Assembly (NCBI GenBank): GCA_963719515.1
Contig: CAVRCJ010000010.1
Location: 576,001-640,000, forward strand
DNA: 64,000 nt
Direction: 5' to 3'
Origin: an uncultured cyanobacterium
Lineage (GTDB): Bacteria; Cyanobacteriota; Cyanobacteriia; CAKZMO01
The first letter of the stretch is position 1. Each line of letters starts with the position of its first letter. A program made the position numbers and the translations under genes. The notes below the pieces were generated by a model. It worked only from the letters and a program-made list of their open reading frames with translations. It had not been told where the DNA came from and searched no databases. Positions 56,770 to 64,000 of the stretch are shown piece by piece.

Positions 56770-57801
56770 ATGCCTATCTATTTCTTTTGGGGAGACGACG
56801 ACTACGGCGTCAATCAGGCGGTTCAGACCCTGCGCGCCCAGGCCCTCGACCCCGACTGGGCCAGCGTCAATTTCGATAAACATACCGCAGATGGCGACGC
56901 CGTGATTCCGGCCCTCGCCCAGGCCATGATGCCCCCCTTTGGGGCCGGCCAGCGGTTCATCTGGCTCGCCAACACCGGGCTGGGGCAGCAGTGCCCTAAA
57001 CCCGTACTCGAAGAGCTCCAGCGCACTCTGCCCAGCGTGCTGCCCACTACGGTCTTGCTGCTTACGGCGGCCCAAAAGCCCGACGGACGCCTGAAATCGA
57101 CAAAGCTCCTGCAGCAGTACGCCCAGGTGCGTGAGTTTTCTACCATCTCTCCCTGGAAGACAGATCAGCTGGTGCGCCAGGTCCAAGACACCGCCAAGGC
57201 GCTGCAGCTGCCCTTAGCAGCGGGCACCGCTGACCTGCTCGCCGAGGCCGTGGGCAACAACCGGCGACAGCTATACACCGAGCTGGAAAAGCTGCGGCTT
57301 TATACCGACGGTCAGCCTGTGACGCCGGACGCTGTGGCGCTACTGGTCAACAGCTACACCCAGAGCAGCCTCAAGCTGGCCGCCGCGATTCGAGAGGGTG
57401 ACGCGGCAGAGGCGCTCACCCAGCTGCAGGACTTGCTGAACCGCAACGAGCCTAGCCTGCGCATTCTGGCGGTGCTGGTGGGGCAGTTTCGCACCTGGCT
57501 GTGGATCAAGCTGATGCTGGAGGCGGGGGAGCGGGACGAGCGGGCGATCGCCCAGGCTGCGGAGGTGCGCAACCCCAAACGCATCTACTTTTTGAAGCAG
57601 GAGGTGCAGCGGCTGCCGCTCATGGGCCTGCAGCAAAGCCTACCGCTGCTGCTAGAACTGGAGTCGGGATTAAAGCTGGGGGGCGGGGAGATGCTGATGC
57701 AGACGAAAGTTATCGAGCTGTGCCAGCTGTTTAATCGTCAGCAGTCCGAGCGTCAGCAGTCCGGTCGTCAGCAGTCCGAGCGTCAACAGAGGCGAGGGTG
57801 A
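56770..57801 (+). CDS. holA: DNA polymerase III subunit delta
   Basis: IYFFWGDDDY, MPPFGAGQRF, KPDGRLKSTKLL, ELEKLRLY and NEPSLRIL motifs. Confidence 0.93.
   Translation: MPIYFFWGDDDYGVNQAVQTLRAQALDPDWASVNFDKHTADGDAVIPALAQAMMPPFGAGQRFIWLANTGLGQQCPKPVLEELQRTLPSVLPTTVLLLTAAQKPDGRLKSTKLLQQYAQVREFSTISPWKTDQLVRQVQDTAKALQLPLAAGTADLLAEAVGNNRRQLYTELEKLRLYTDGQPVTPDAVALLVNSYTQSSLKLAAAIREGDAAEALTQLQDLLNRNEPSLRILAVLVGQFRTWLWIKLMLEAGERDERAIAQAAEVRNPKRIYFLKQEVQRLPLMGLQQSLPLLLELESGLKLGGGEMLMQTKVIELCQLFNRQQSERQQSGRQQSERQQRRG
57736..57789. repeat. 15-bp tandem repeat x3.6 at the holA 3' end (RQQSE/G)
   Basis: CGTCAGCAGTCCGAG / CGTCAGCAGTCCGGT / CGTCAGCAGTCCGAG / CGTCAACAG. Confidence 0.9.
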
Positions 57802-57804
57802 GAG

Positions 57805-58572
57805 ATGCTGCCCTTCCTGCTATCAAGCCTGATGCTGCTGGCCTTTAGCGGTCTTTTGTTTCGCCGTCGCCAGCGGCTGAAGCAGCGGCTGCTGGCCATT
57901 AAGGGCACGGAGGTCGGCAGCTTGGGGGAGCTGCGGCAGCTCGTAGGCCAGGTGGCTGAGGAGCTAGGGCCGGGGGCATACCGAGAGCGGGTAGCGCTGG
58001 TGGGAACGATTCGCTGCGACGCTCCGCTAGAGGCTCCTCTATCGCAGCAGGCCTGCGTCTACTGTCAGACCATCGTCAGGGAGAAGTACCGGGACGTTAC
58101 CACCACCACCGACAGTCAAGGCAACCGCTCTCGGCGATCGCAGCGGCGCACGAAGGTGATCAGCCGCGACGTGATTCAGACGCCGTTTTACCTAGACGAC
58201 CCCTCGGGTCAGGTACGCATCGACCCCGATTGCTTCGATATCGAGGGGGTGACGGTGGTCAAGCGGTTCGAGCCCGCCTCTGGTAATCGGCGCCGCACCC
58301 ACCACAGCACCCTGGGGTATCACTACCGCGAGGACATTCTGCCCTTAGGGACCCCTGTATATGTAATGGGGGAGATAACGGACGAGGGGCCAGAGCTGTC
58401 TATAGTGGCACCGCCAGCAGCGCCCAAGGGCGTTATTACCCACCAGTCGCGGCAGGCCCTGGTGGGTAAGCTAGAGACCTCAGTGCAGCGACAGAGCGCT
58501 GCCAGCGCCGTGCTGCTGGCGGCGAGCGTTGGCATTTTGGCGTTTGGCGTCTATAGCCTGCTTTTGGGCTAA
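57805..58572 (+). CDS. GIDE-domain membrane protein
   Basis: N- and C-terminal TM helices; PLEAPLSQQACVY, PFYLDDPSGQVRIDP and YREDILPLGTPVYVMGE motifs. Confidence 0.8.
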   Translation: MLPFLLSSLMLLAFSGLLFRRRQRLKQRLLAIKGTEVGSLGELRQLVGQVAEELGPGAYRERVALVGTIRCDAPLEAPLSQQACVYCQTIVREKYRDVTTTTDSQGNRSRRSQRRTKVISRDVIQTPFYLDDPSGQVRIDPDCFDIEGVTVVKRFEPASGNRRRTHHSTLGYHYREDILPLGTPVYVMGEITDEGPELSIVAPPAAPKGVITHQSRQALVGKLETSVQRQSAASAVLLAASVGILAFGVYSLLLG

Positions 58573-58764
58573 ATTGTCAGCAAAGCTGCTGAAAAAGGGG
58601 GCCTCCTTCACAAAGGCTTCTTTCAGCGGCCTGTCGCCGTGAGGAACCCGCGAAAGCACTCGCCTAAGGGCTCATAACCGGTTAATATGTATGGCCAGGT
58701 ATGGCTTGTAATTTAGCCGAATTTCAACCCGCACCGGCCACTCAAATCCCACAGGATCTCGGAT

Positions 58765-59748
58765 ATGTCAGAAATTTTTATGTTTAACGCGCTTCGCGAA
58801 GCGGTCGACGAAGAGATGGCGCGCGATGAGACGGTGATGGTGATGGGTGAAGACGTGGGTCACTACGGCGGCTCTTATAAGGTAACTAAAGACCTGCACA
58901 AAAAGTACGGCGATCTGCGTATTCTCGACACCCCCATCGCCGAAAACAGCTTCACCGGCATGGCTGTCGGGGCTGCGATGACGGGCCTGCGGCCCATTAT
59001 TGAAGGCATGAACATGGGGTTCTTGCTGCTGGCCTTTAATCAAATCGCCAACAACGCCGGCATGCTGCGCTACACCTCCGGCGGCAACTTTAAGATTCCC
59101 CTTGTGATTCGCGGTCCGGGGGGAGTGGGGCGTCAGCTGGGGGCGGAGCATTCCCAGCGGCTAGAGGCCTACTTCCAGGGCGTGCCGGGGCTAAAGATGG
59201 TGGCCGTCTCCACCGCCGTCAACGCTAAGGGGCTGCTGAAAGCAGCCATCCGCGACGACAATCCGGTGCTGTTTTTTGAGCATGTGCTGCTTTACAACCT
59301 CAAAGGCGAGATGCCCAAGGGAGACTTCGTGCAGCGGCTGGATAAGGCCGAGATGGTGCGCCGGGGCAAAGACGTCACGATTTTGACCTATTCCCGCATG
59401 CGCTATCACTGCATCCAGGCGGCAAAGACCCTAGAGGAGCAGGGCTTTGACCCCGAAATCATTGACCTAATTTCCCTGAAGCCCTTCGACTACGACACCA
59501 TTGGCGACTCCATTCGCAAGACTCACCGCGTGGTGGTGGTGGAGGAATGCATGAAGTCCGGCGGCATTGGCGCAGAGCTAACCGCCTCGATCCAAGAGCG
59601 CTTTTTTGACGAGCTGGATGCCCCGATTGTGCGGCTGGCCTCCCAGGATATTCCCACCCCCTACAACGGGGCGCTGGAGAATTTGACCATCGTGCAGCCG
59701 AAGCAGATCGTGGATGCCGTGAAGGAGATGATGGCGGTAGCGGCGTAG
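58765..59748 (+). CDS. pdhB: Pyruvate dehydrogenase E1 beta subunit
   Basis: [33 protein letters not shown] and DNPVLFFEH motifs. Confidence 0.97.
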   Translation: MSEIFMFNALREAVDEEMARDETVMVMGEDVGHYGGSYKVTKDLHKKYGDLRILDTPIAENSFTGMAVGAAMTGLRPIIEGMNMGFLLLAFNQIANNAGMLRYTSGGNFKIPLVIRGPGGVGRQLGAEHSQRLEAYFQGVPGLKMVAVSTAVNAKGLLKAAIRDDNPVLFFEHVLLYNLKGEMPKGDFVQRLDKAEMVRRGKDVTILTYSRMRYHCIQAAKTLEEQGFDPEIIDLISLKPFDYDTIGDSIRKTHRVVVVEECMKSGGIGAELTASIQERFFDELDAPIVRLASQDIPTPYNGALENLTIVQPKQIVDAVKEMMAVAA

Positions 59749-59769
59749 TCCGTAGGGCTGGGGCGGCGC

Positions 59770-60633
59770 TCAGGCCCCTTGCCGGTCTGAGCGCCGCTGA
59801 CCTTGGCTGAGGAGCATGGCTCCCAAAACAAAGGCCGCCCCCAACAGCCCCCGCCACCCCAGCTGCTCCCCCAGCAGCCAAAACGACACCACCGCCGCAA
59901 ATACGGGTTCCAGGCTCCCCAACAGGGCTACCCGGTAGGCGGGAACCCAGCGCTGGGCGATCGCCTGGGACCACAGGGGCGCCACGGTGACGGCCAGTCC
60001 CAGGTACATTAGGATGCCCGCGTGGTCGGCGATCGCCGTCGTTTGCTCCAGCAGCTCGGGCAGGGCCACCAGTAGGCCTAGCCCCGCCATCACCGTAATT
60101 TGCACCGCCGCTAAGGGCAGCGCGGCGTGGCGTGGGGCCACCGTCTCAAGCACCAGCAAATAGACCGCCACACCCAAAGCCGACCCCAGGCTAAGCAGGT
60201 CGCCCCAGGCCACACCGCCCCCCTCCCAGGCCATGACGCCGATGCCCGTAAAGGCCAGCAGCCCCGCCACCAGCACCGAGCGCGGCAGCCGCTGACCCAT
60301 GAGGGTGGCTAAGAGGGGCACGAAGATAACGTTGAGGCTGATGATGAATGCGGAGCGGTTGGCAGAAACGGTCTGCAGGCCGTTTAGGGCGCTGGTGGTT
60401 TCGACGAAGTAAATCGCGCCGAGCAGCGCCCCGTCGCGCAGCAGCCGTGGGTTGACCCGCAGCAGCCACGGCGCTAAGGCCACCGCAGCGATCGCAAAGC
60501 GGACGCCGATTAGGGCGGCGGGGGAAAGCTCGCCGATGGTCTCCTTGAGCACGGCGAAGGACGTGCCCCAAAGGAGGGTCGTCAAGAGGATGAGCGCCGT
60601 GCCTTGGGTGGCGCGAGTGGGTGAATACAGCAT
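59770..60633 (-). CDS. DMT/EamA family transporter
   Basis: LLWGTSF, RFAIAA, SAFIISLNVIFVP and LEPVFAAV motifs. Probable ATG at 60633, divergent from the LysR gene. Confidence 0.92.
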   Translation of the reverse strand: MLYSPTRATQGTALILLTTLLWGTSFAVLKETIGELSPAALIGVRFAIAAVALAPWLLRVNPRLLRDGALLGAIYFVETTSALNGLQTVSANRSAFIISLNVIFVPLLATLMGQRLPRSVLVAGLLAFTGIGVMAWEGGGVAWGDLLSLGSALGVAVYLLVLETVAPRHAALPLAAVQITVMAGLGLLVALPELLEQTTAIADHAGILMYLGLAVTVAPLWSQAIAQRWVPAYRVALLGSLEPVFAAVVSFWLLGEQLGWRGLLGAAFVLGAMLLSQGQRRSDRQGA

Positions 60634-60805
60634 TGGTAGAGTCTTCCTGCATGGGGCTGCTCTCACCCTAGCTACGCCCAGCTTGGGAAAACCACCCGCA
60701 GCGCTCATCACGTCTATGAAGAAATTTGATGGCAGCTGGCCCAAAGCATAGCCCTGCGTCAGGGACAATGTTTTCTAGACCATTGCCCTCTCAAGCTCCG
60801 TTGCC

Positions 60806-61711
60806 ATGCAGGACGCTCAGACCCAGCTCAAACTCTCCCACCTGCAAATGCTGGTAGCGGTAGCCGACTGCGGCAGCTTCAGCGAGGCGGCCCTCACCCT
60901 CCAGGTGTCGCAGTCGGCGGTGAGCTATGCGATCGCCGCCCTAGAGAGCGAGCTTGGGGTCACGCTGCTGGCCCGAGGCCGCTACGGCGCTCACCCGACG
61001 CCGGTGGGCGAGCAAATTGTGCAGCGATCGCGGCGGGTGATGGACTTGCTCAACGATATTACCCAGCAGGCCAACCTCTCCAAAGGGCTACAGGGGGGCT
61101 ACGTGAGGCTTGCGGCCTTTCGCAGCGCGGCGTCCCACATTTTGCCAGAGGTGATCGCCGAGTTCTGCCGCCGCTACCCCGCGATCGCCGTAAACATTGC
61201 TGAATACGACGATCGCCCCGAGGTCGAAGAGACTTTGCGCCGGGGCCGCGCCGATATTGGCATTACCTATCTGCCTGCCGACCCCGGCCTGGAAACCTGG
61301 GAGCTGCTGCGCGATGAGTTTGTGGTCCTGGTGCCGCCGACCATCCCCCACGAGGAGGAGGCGCTGAGCTGGCCGACCCTCAAACAATATCCGCTGATCA
61401 TGGCTCCGGTGGGAGATTTCTGTGACGCGATGGTCTATGACCACTGCCAGGTCTACGGCGTCGCCCTCCACCCCACCTACCAGGTCCGCTCCGACGCCAC
61501 GATTGTCAACATGGTGGCCAAAGGTCTGGGAATTACCATTAGCCCCCGACTGGCGACGGAGCCAATTCCTGCAGGGGTGAAGGTGTTTAGTCTGCCGGTG
61601 CCGCTGTTTCGCGTCATCAGCGTGGCGACTCTGGAGGGGGCGCTGCTGCCCCCCGCAGCGTTTACCTTTTTAGATTTGCTGCGGGAGATGGTCTGTGAGA
61701 CCCAGCGATAG
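60806..61711 (+). CDS. LysR-family transcriptional regulator
   Basis: GSFSEAALTLQVSQSAVSYAIAALESELGVTL HTH plus a substrate-binding domain. Confidence 0.96.
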   Translation: MQDAQTQLKLSHLQMLVAVADCGSFSEAALTLQVSQSAVSYAIAALESELGVTLLARGRYGAHPTPVGEQIVQRSRRVMDLLNDITQQANLSKGLQGGYVRLAAFRSAASHILPEVIAEFCRRYPAIAVNIAEYDDRPEVEETLRRGRADIGITYLPADPGLETWELLRDEFVVLVPPTIPHEEEALSWPTLKQYPLIMAPVGDFCDAMVYDHCQVYGVALHPTYQVRSDATIVNMVAKGLGITISPRLATEPIPAGVKVFSLPVPLFRVISVATLEGALLPPAAFTFLDLLREMVCETQR

Positions 61712-61714
61712 GGG

Positions 61715-61990
61715 CTACAGCGACCGAATGCGCATCAGGTAGGCCAGCGCCTGCCCTTCCCGGCGGCTGAGCCTCACGCCGTCGCCCCTGATCTCCACAG
61801 GGCCGGTCCAGAGGGACTGCTCCACGGCGTAGCGGTTGATATGCATCAGGTGTATCGTTTCGCGGAGGGCGGGCGGCTAGCCGATGATGATGTGACGCAC
61901 CACCTCGCCGTCGGGGGTGGGCGGGGTTTCGTCTAGGCGAAGCAGTGCCGCCTCGCGGTCGAGGGGCTGGTCAGGGTATATGAATGTCAT
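61715..61990 (-). pseudogene. Small hypothetical gene (91 codons) with one in-frame TAG
   Basis: AAGGA RBS, ATG at 61990: MTFIYPDQ...EVVRHIIIG*PPALRETIHLMHINRYAVEQSLWTGP...QALAYLMRIRSL*. The TAG at 61879-61877 is one substitution from TCG, and the frame stays open after it. Confidence 0.65.
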
Positions 61991-62255
61991 TTGGGTTCCT
62001 TTCTTTGTGGATTAGGGAAGAAACCCAAGCTTTGGCCATCCCTGGACGTGACGTGTTTCGGGATGGCACGGGATAATGCCCGTAGCCGCCGAGACAGGTT
62101 AGATCTGTCGAGGGGGTTAGGCGGCGATCATTGGGCTTAACAATGACCGTCGCCGCTGACCAAATACTTGGGAGCCGAACTGCGGGATGCAGCTCTCAAG
62201 AAGTGACAATATCGCATCTAGTACAAACAATCAAGCCCGAGTTTTGGTTTTGGCG

Positions 62256-63074
62256 TTATCGCTGAGTCTGCTGGCGCGCCTCTTGGGCTAGCTCTAGCAG
62301 CGCCGCCGGGGTCACCTCCGGCGATCGCCGCTCCCCCTCAGCGCTCAGCCACAGCAAATACTCGATATTTCCGGCAGGCCCCACCAGCGGCGACCAGGTC
62401 ACCCCCGCCACCTGCCAGCCCAGCTCTTGAGCCGCCGCAATCACCCCGGCGATCGCCTCCGCATGCAGCGAGGCCTCCCGCACCACCCCCTTCTTGCCCA
62501 CCTTGTCTTTCCCCACCTCAAACTGGGGCTTGACCAAGGCTACGACTTCTTTGGGCTGCGCTAGCAGCGCCCAAAGCGCAGGCAGCACCTTTGCCAAAGA
62601 AATAAACGAGACGTCAATCACCCCCAGGTCTGCGTCCGGCGGCCCGTCATACAGCAGCTCCGGCGTCAGGTGCCGCAAATTAGTGCGCTCTTTGAGCAGG
62701 ACGCGGCTGTCCTGCCGCAGCTTCCAGGCCACCTGGCCGTACCCCACATCGACGCCGTAGACCTTTTTGGCCCCCGCCTGCAGTAGGCAGTCGGTAAACC
62801 CGCCGGTGGAAATGCCCCCGTCCAGGCAGACGCGATCGCCCACCTGAATCTCAAACGCCGTGAGGGCTTTCGTGAGCTTCTCTCCCCCTCGCGAGACAAA
62901 GGGCGATCGCGCCTTGAGGTCAATTTGGGCAGTGATATCAATGGGGGTACCGGGCTTGTCCACCAGCTGCTGATTGACCCGCACCTCCCCCGCACGAATC
63001 AGCCGCTGCGCCTGCTGGCGAGAGGGACAAAGCTGGCGGTCGACAAGGAGCTGATCGAGGCGCTGTTTGGTCAC
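62256..63074 (-). CDS. tlyA: TlyA family RNA 2'-O-methyltransferase (S4 + FtsJ-like)
   Basis: KQRLDQLL S4 domain, FVSRGGEKL, DGGISTGGFTDCLL, DVSFISL, LVKPQFE and GNIEYL. Probable GTG at 63074. Confidence 0.95.
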   Translation of the reverse strand: MTKQRLDQLLVDRQLCPSRQQAQRLIRAGEVRVNQQLVDKPGTPIDITAQIDLKARSPFVSRGGEKLTKALTAFEIQVGDRVCLDGGISTGGFTDCLLQAGAKKVYGVDVGYGQVAWKLRQDSRVLLKERTNLRHLTPELLYDGPPDADLGVIDVSFISLAKVLPALWALLAQPKEVVALVKPQFEVGKDKVGKKGVVREASLHAEAIAGVIAAAQELGWQVAGVTWSPLVGPAGNIEYLLWLSAEGERRSPEVTPAALLELAQEARQQTQR

Positions 63075-63184
63075 CGGAGTCTTTGGCTGAGCCTGTAACA
63101 ACAAGTTGTCTATTCGACGGTCGCTGGGAGTCGCTGCCTTGGGTGGCTCTTGACGCGGCACAATGAACGACATCCTAATGAATA

Positions 63185-64000
63185 TTGACATCCTCTCCAC
63201 GCAAATCAAAGATTATGCGTGGAGATTCCTTGGGTCACCCCAAAGAGTTCCTGCTTCGCTGCCAGCCAGCTAGACTGAGTTACCCCAGCCCCCGCCGCAT
63301 CGACTCCACAGGCAGTTTCTATTCCCCGTTGCCCACGGGTACTAATCACTTGTGCTGTCGCCACATCCCTCGGCTTGAGTGAACCGCAAGAGCGGCAGTG
63401 CGATATTCGGGTGCTCAGGTCTTTGCGCACCTGCGCGCCGCAATCGGGGCACTCCTGAGAGGTGCCCCTCGGGTCCACCTTGCCGTAGTAGACATCACGC
63501 TTCCAGCACACCCAGGGCAACACCTGATTGGTGAACTGCCCCAGGCCAGCGTCAAGGATGTGTTTGCCCAGCATCCCTTTCGCCATGATGCGGAAGTCGA
63601 GGTCTTCGACAAACACAGCGCCTGCGCCATCACACAGATGATGAGCTAGCTTGTAGTGCCAGTCCTTGCGGGTGTCGGCAATGCGCTGATGCACTCTCGA
63701 TATCTTCTTCTGCAGCTTCAGCCAGTTGTTGCTCCCCTTGCGCTTAGTTTTGAGTCTACGTTGCAGCGATTTCAGCTTGCGGTGCAGCTCGTCGAAAAAG
63801 CGGGGTCGCTTGACCTGCTCGCCGTCAGAAGTCGAGAGGAAGTATTCAAGGCCCACATCGATGCCAACCGGGTGGCCATGGAACGGCACAGCGGGGACAT
63901 CGATGTCGGTTTCTAGCGACAGCATGACAAAGTAGCCCGACGCTTTGCGGACGATGCGGGCCTGCTTGACGGTGAACAGCGCCGGTATCTCACGGGACCA
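63185..64000 (-). mobile_element. IS200/IS605-family element, right end plus 3' part of tnpB (continues beyond the window)
   Basis: Right-end hairpin CTCCACGCA...TGCGTGGAG followed by AGGATGTCAA ending at 63185 on the minus strand. Confidence 0.88.
63206..64000 (-). CDS. tnpB: RNA-guided endonuclease TnpB (partial; 5' end outside the window)
   Basis: The frame is open to the edge (WSREIP...VKQARIVRKASGYFVML); RuvC GIDVG, FVEDL, PRDVATA; Zn finger CPDCG...CRSCG. Confidence 0.93.
   Translation of the reverse strand, partial: WSREIPALFTVKQARIVRKASGYFVMLSLETDIDVPAVPFHGHPVGIDVGLEYFLSTSDGEQVKRPRFFDELHRKLKSLQRRLKTKRKGSNNWLKLQKKISRVHQRIADTRKDWHYKLAHHLCDGAGAVFVEDLDFRIMAKGMLGKHILDAGLGQFTNQVLPWVCWKRDVYYGKVDPRGTSQECPDCGAQVRKDLSTRISHCRSCGSLKPRDVATAQVISTRGQRGIETACGVDAAGAGVTQSSWLAAKQELFGVTQGISTHNL

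Noticed and set aside
1..64000. CRISPR array, tRNA, rRNA
   Set aside because: No repeat-spacer periodicity with unique spacers, cloverleaf or rRNA signature was recognised, including next to the WYL pseudogene. This was a visual scan only.

Overview
This window is chromosomal DNA from a cyanobacterium: HIP1 octamers (GCGATCGC) are very frequent, and the coaD-cdv3 and sixA-gltA gene orders are typical of cyanobacteria. Most of it is housekeeping and transport genes (purL, nth, rseP, exbBD, amt, coaD, gltA, cobU, ptrB, sbcD, holA, pdhB, tlyA). Several accessory features interrupt this background. (1) An AT-richer defence-like island at about 33.0-44.4 kb carries a decayed WYL regulator followed by an intact three-gene operon: a 794-aa unknown, a 311-aa unknown, and a 2088-aa DEAH/DUF1998 helicase with a PLD-like tail. 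It resembles Druantia but does not obviously match a described subtype. (2) There are four IS200/IS605-family elements. One complete tnpA+tnpB element splits a TauE/SafE gene and one tnpB is cut by the window edge. Two ORF-less 0.4-0.45 kb elements share ends, a TTTAG target and an internal -10 box, and may be stand-alone TnpB guide-RNA cassettes; one of them splits sixA. (3) Smaller signals include a 57-aa DUF4278-like gene behind NtcA- and NrrA-type boxes, a five-copy 16-bp array before a NarL-type regulator, a small pseudogene behind five consecutive hairpins, and an orphan cyclooxygenase-like heme dioxygenase. No CRISPR array, tRNA or rRNA was seen. Family assignments come from recognising motifs by eye; no database search was run.
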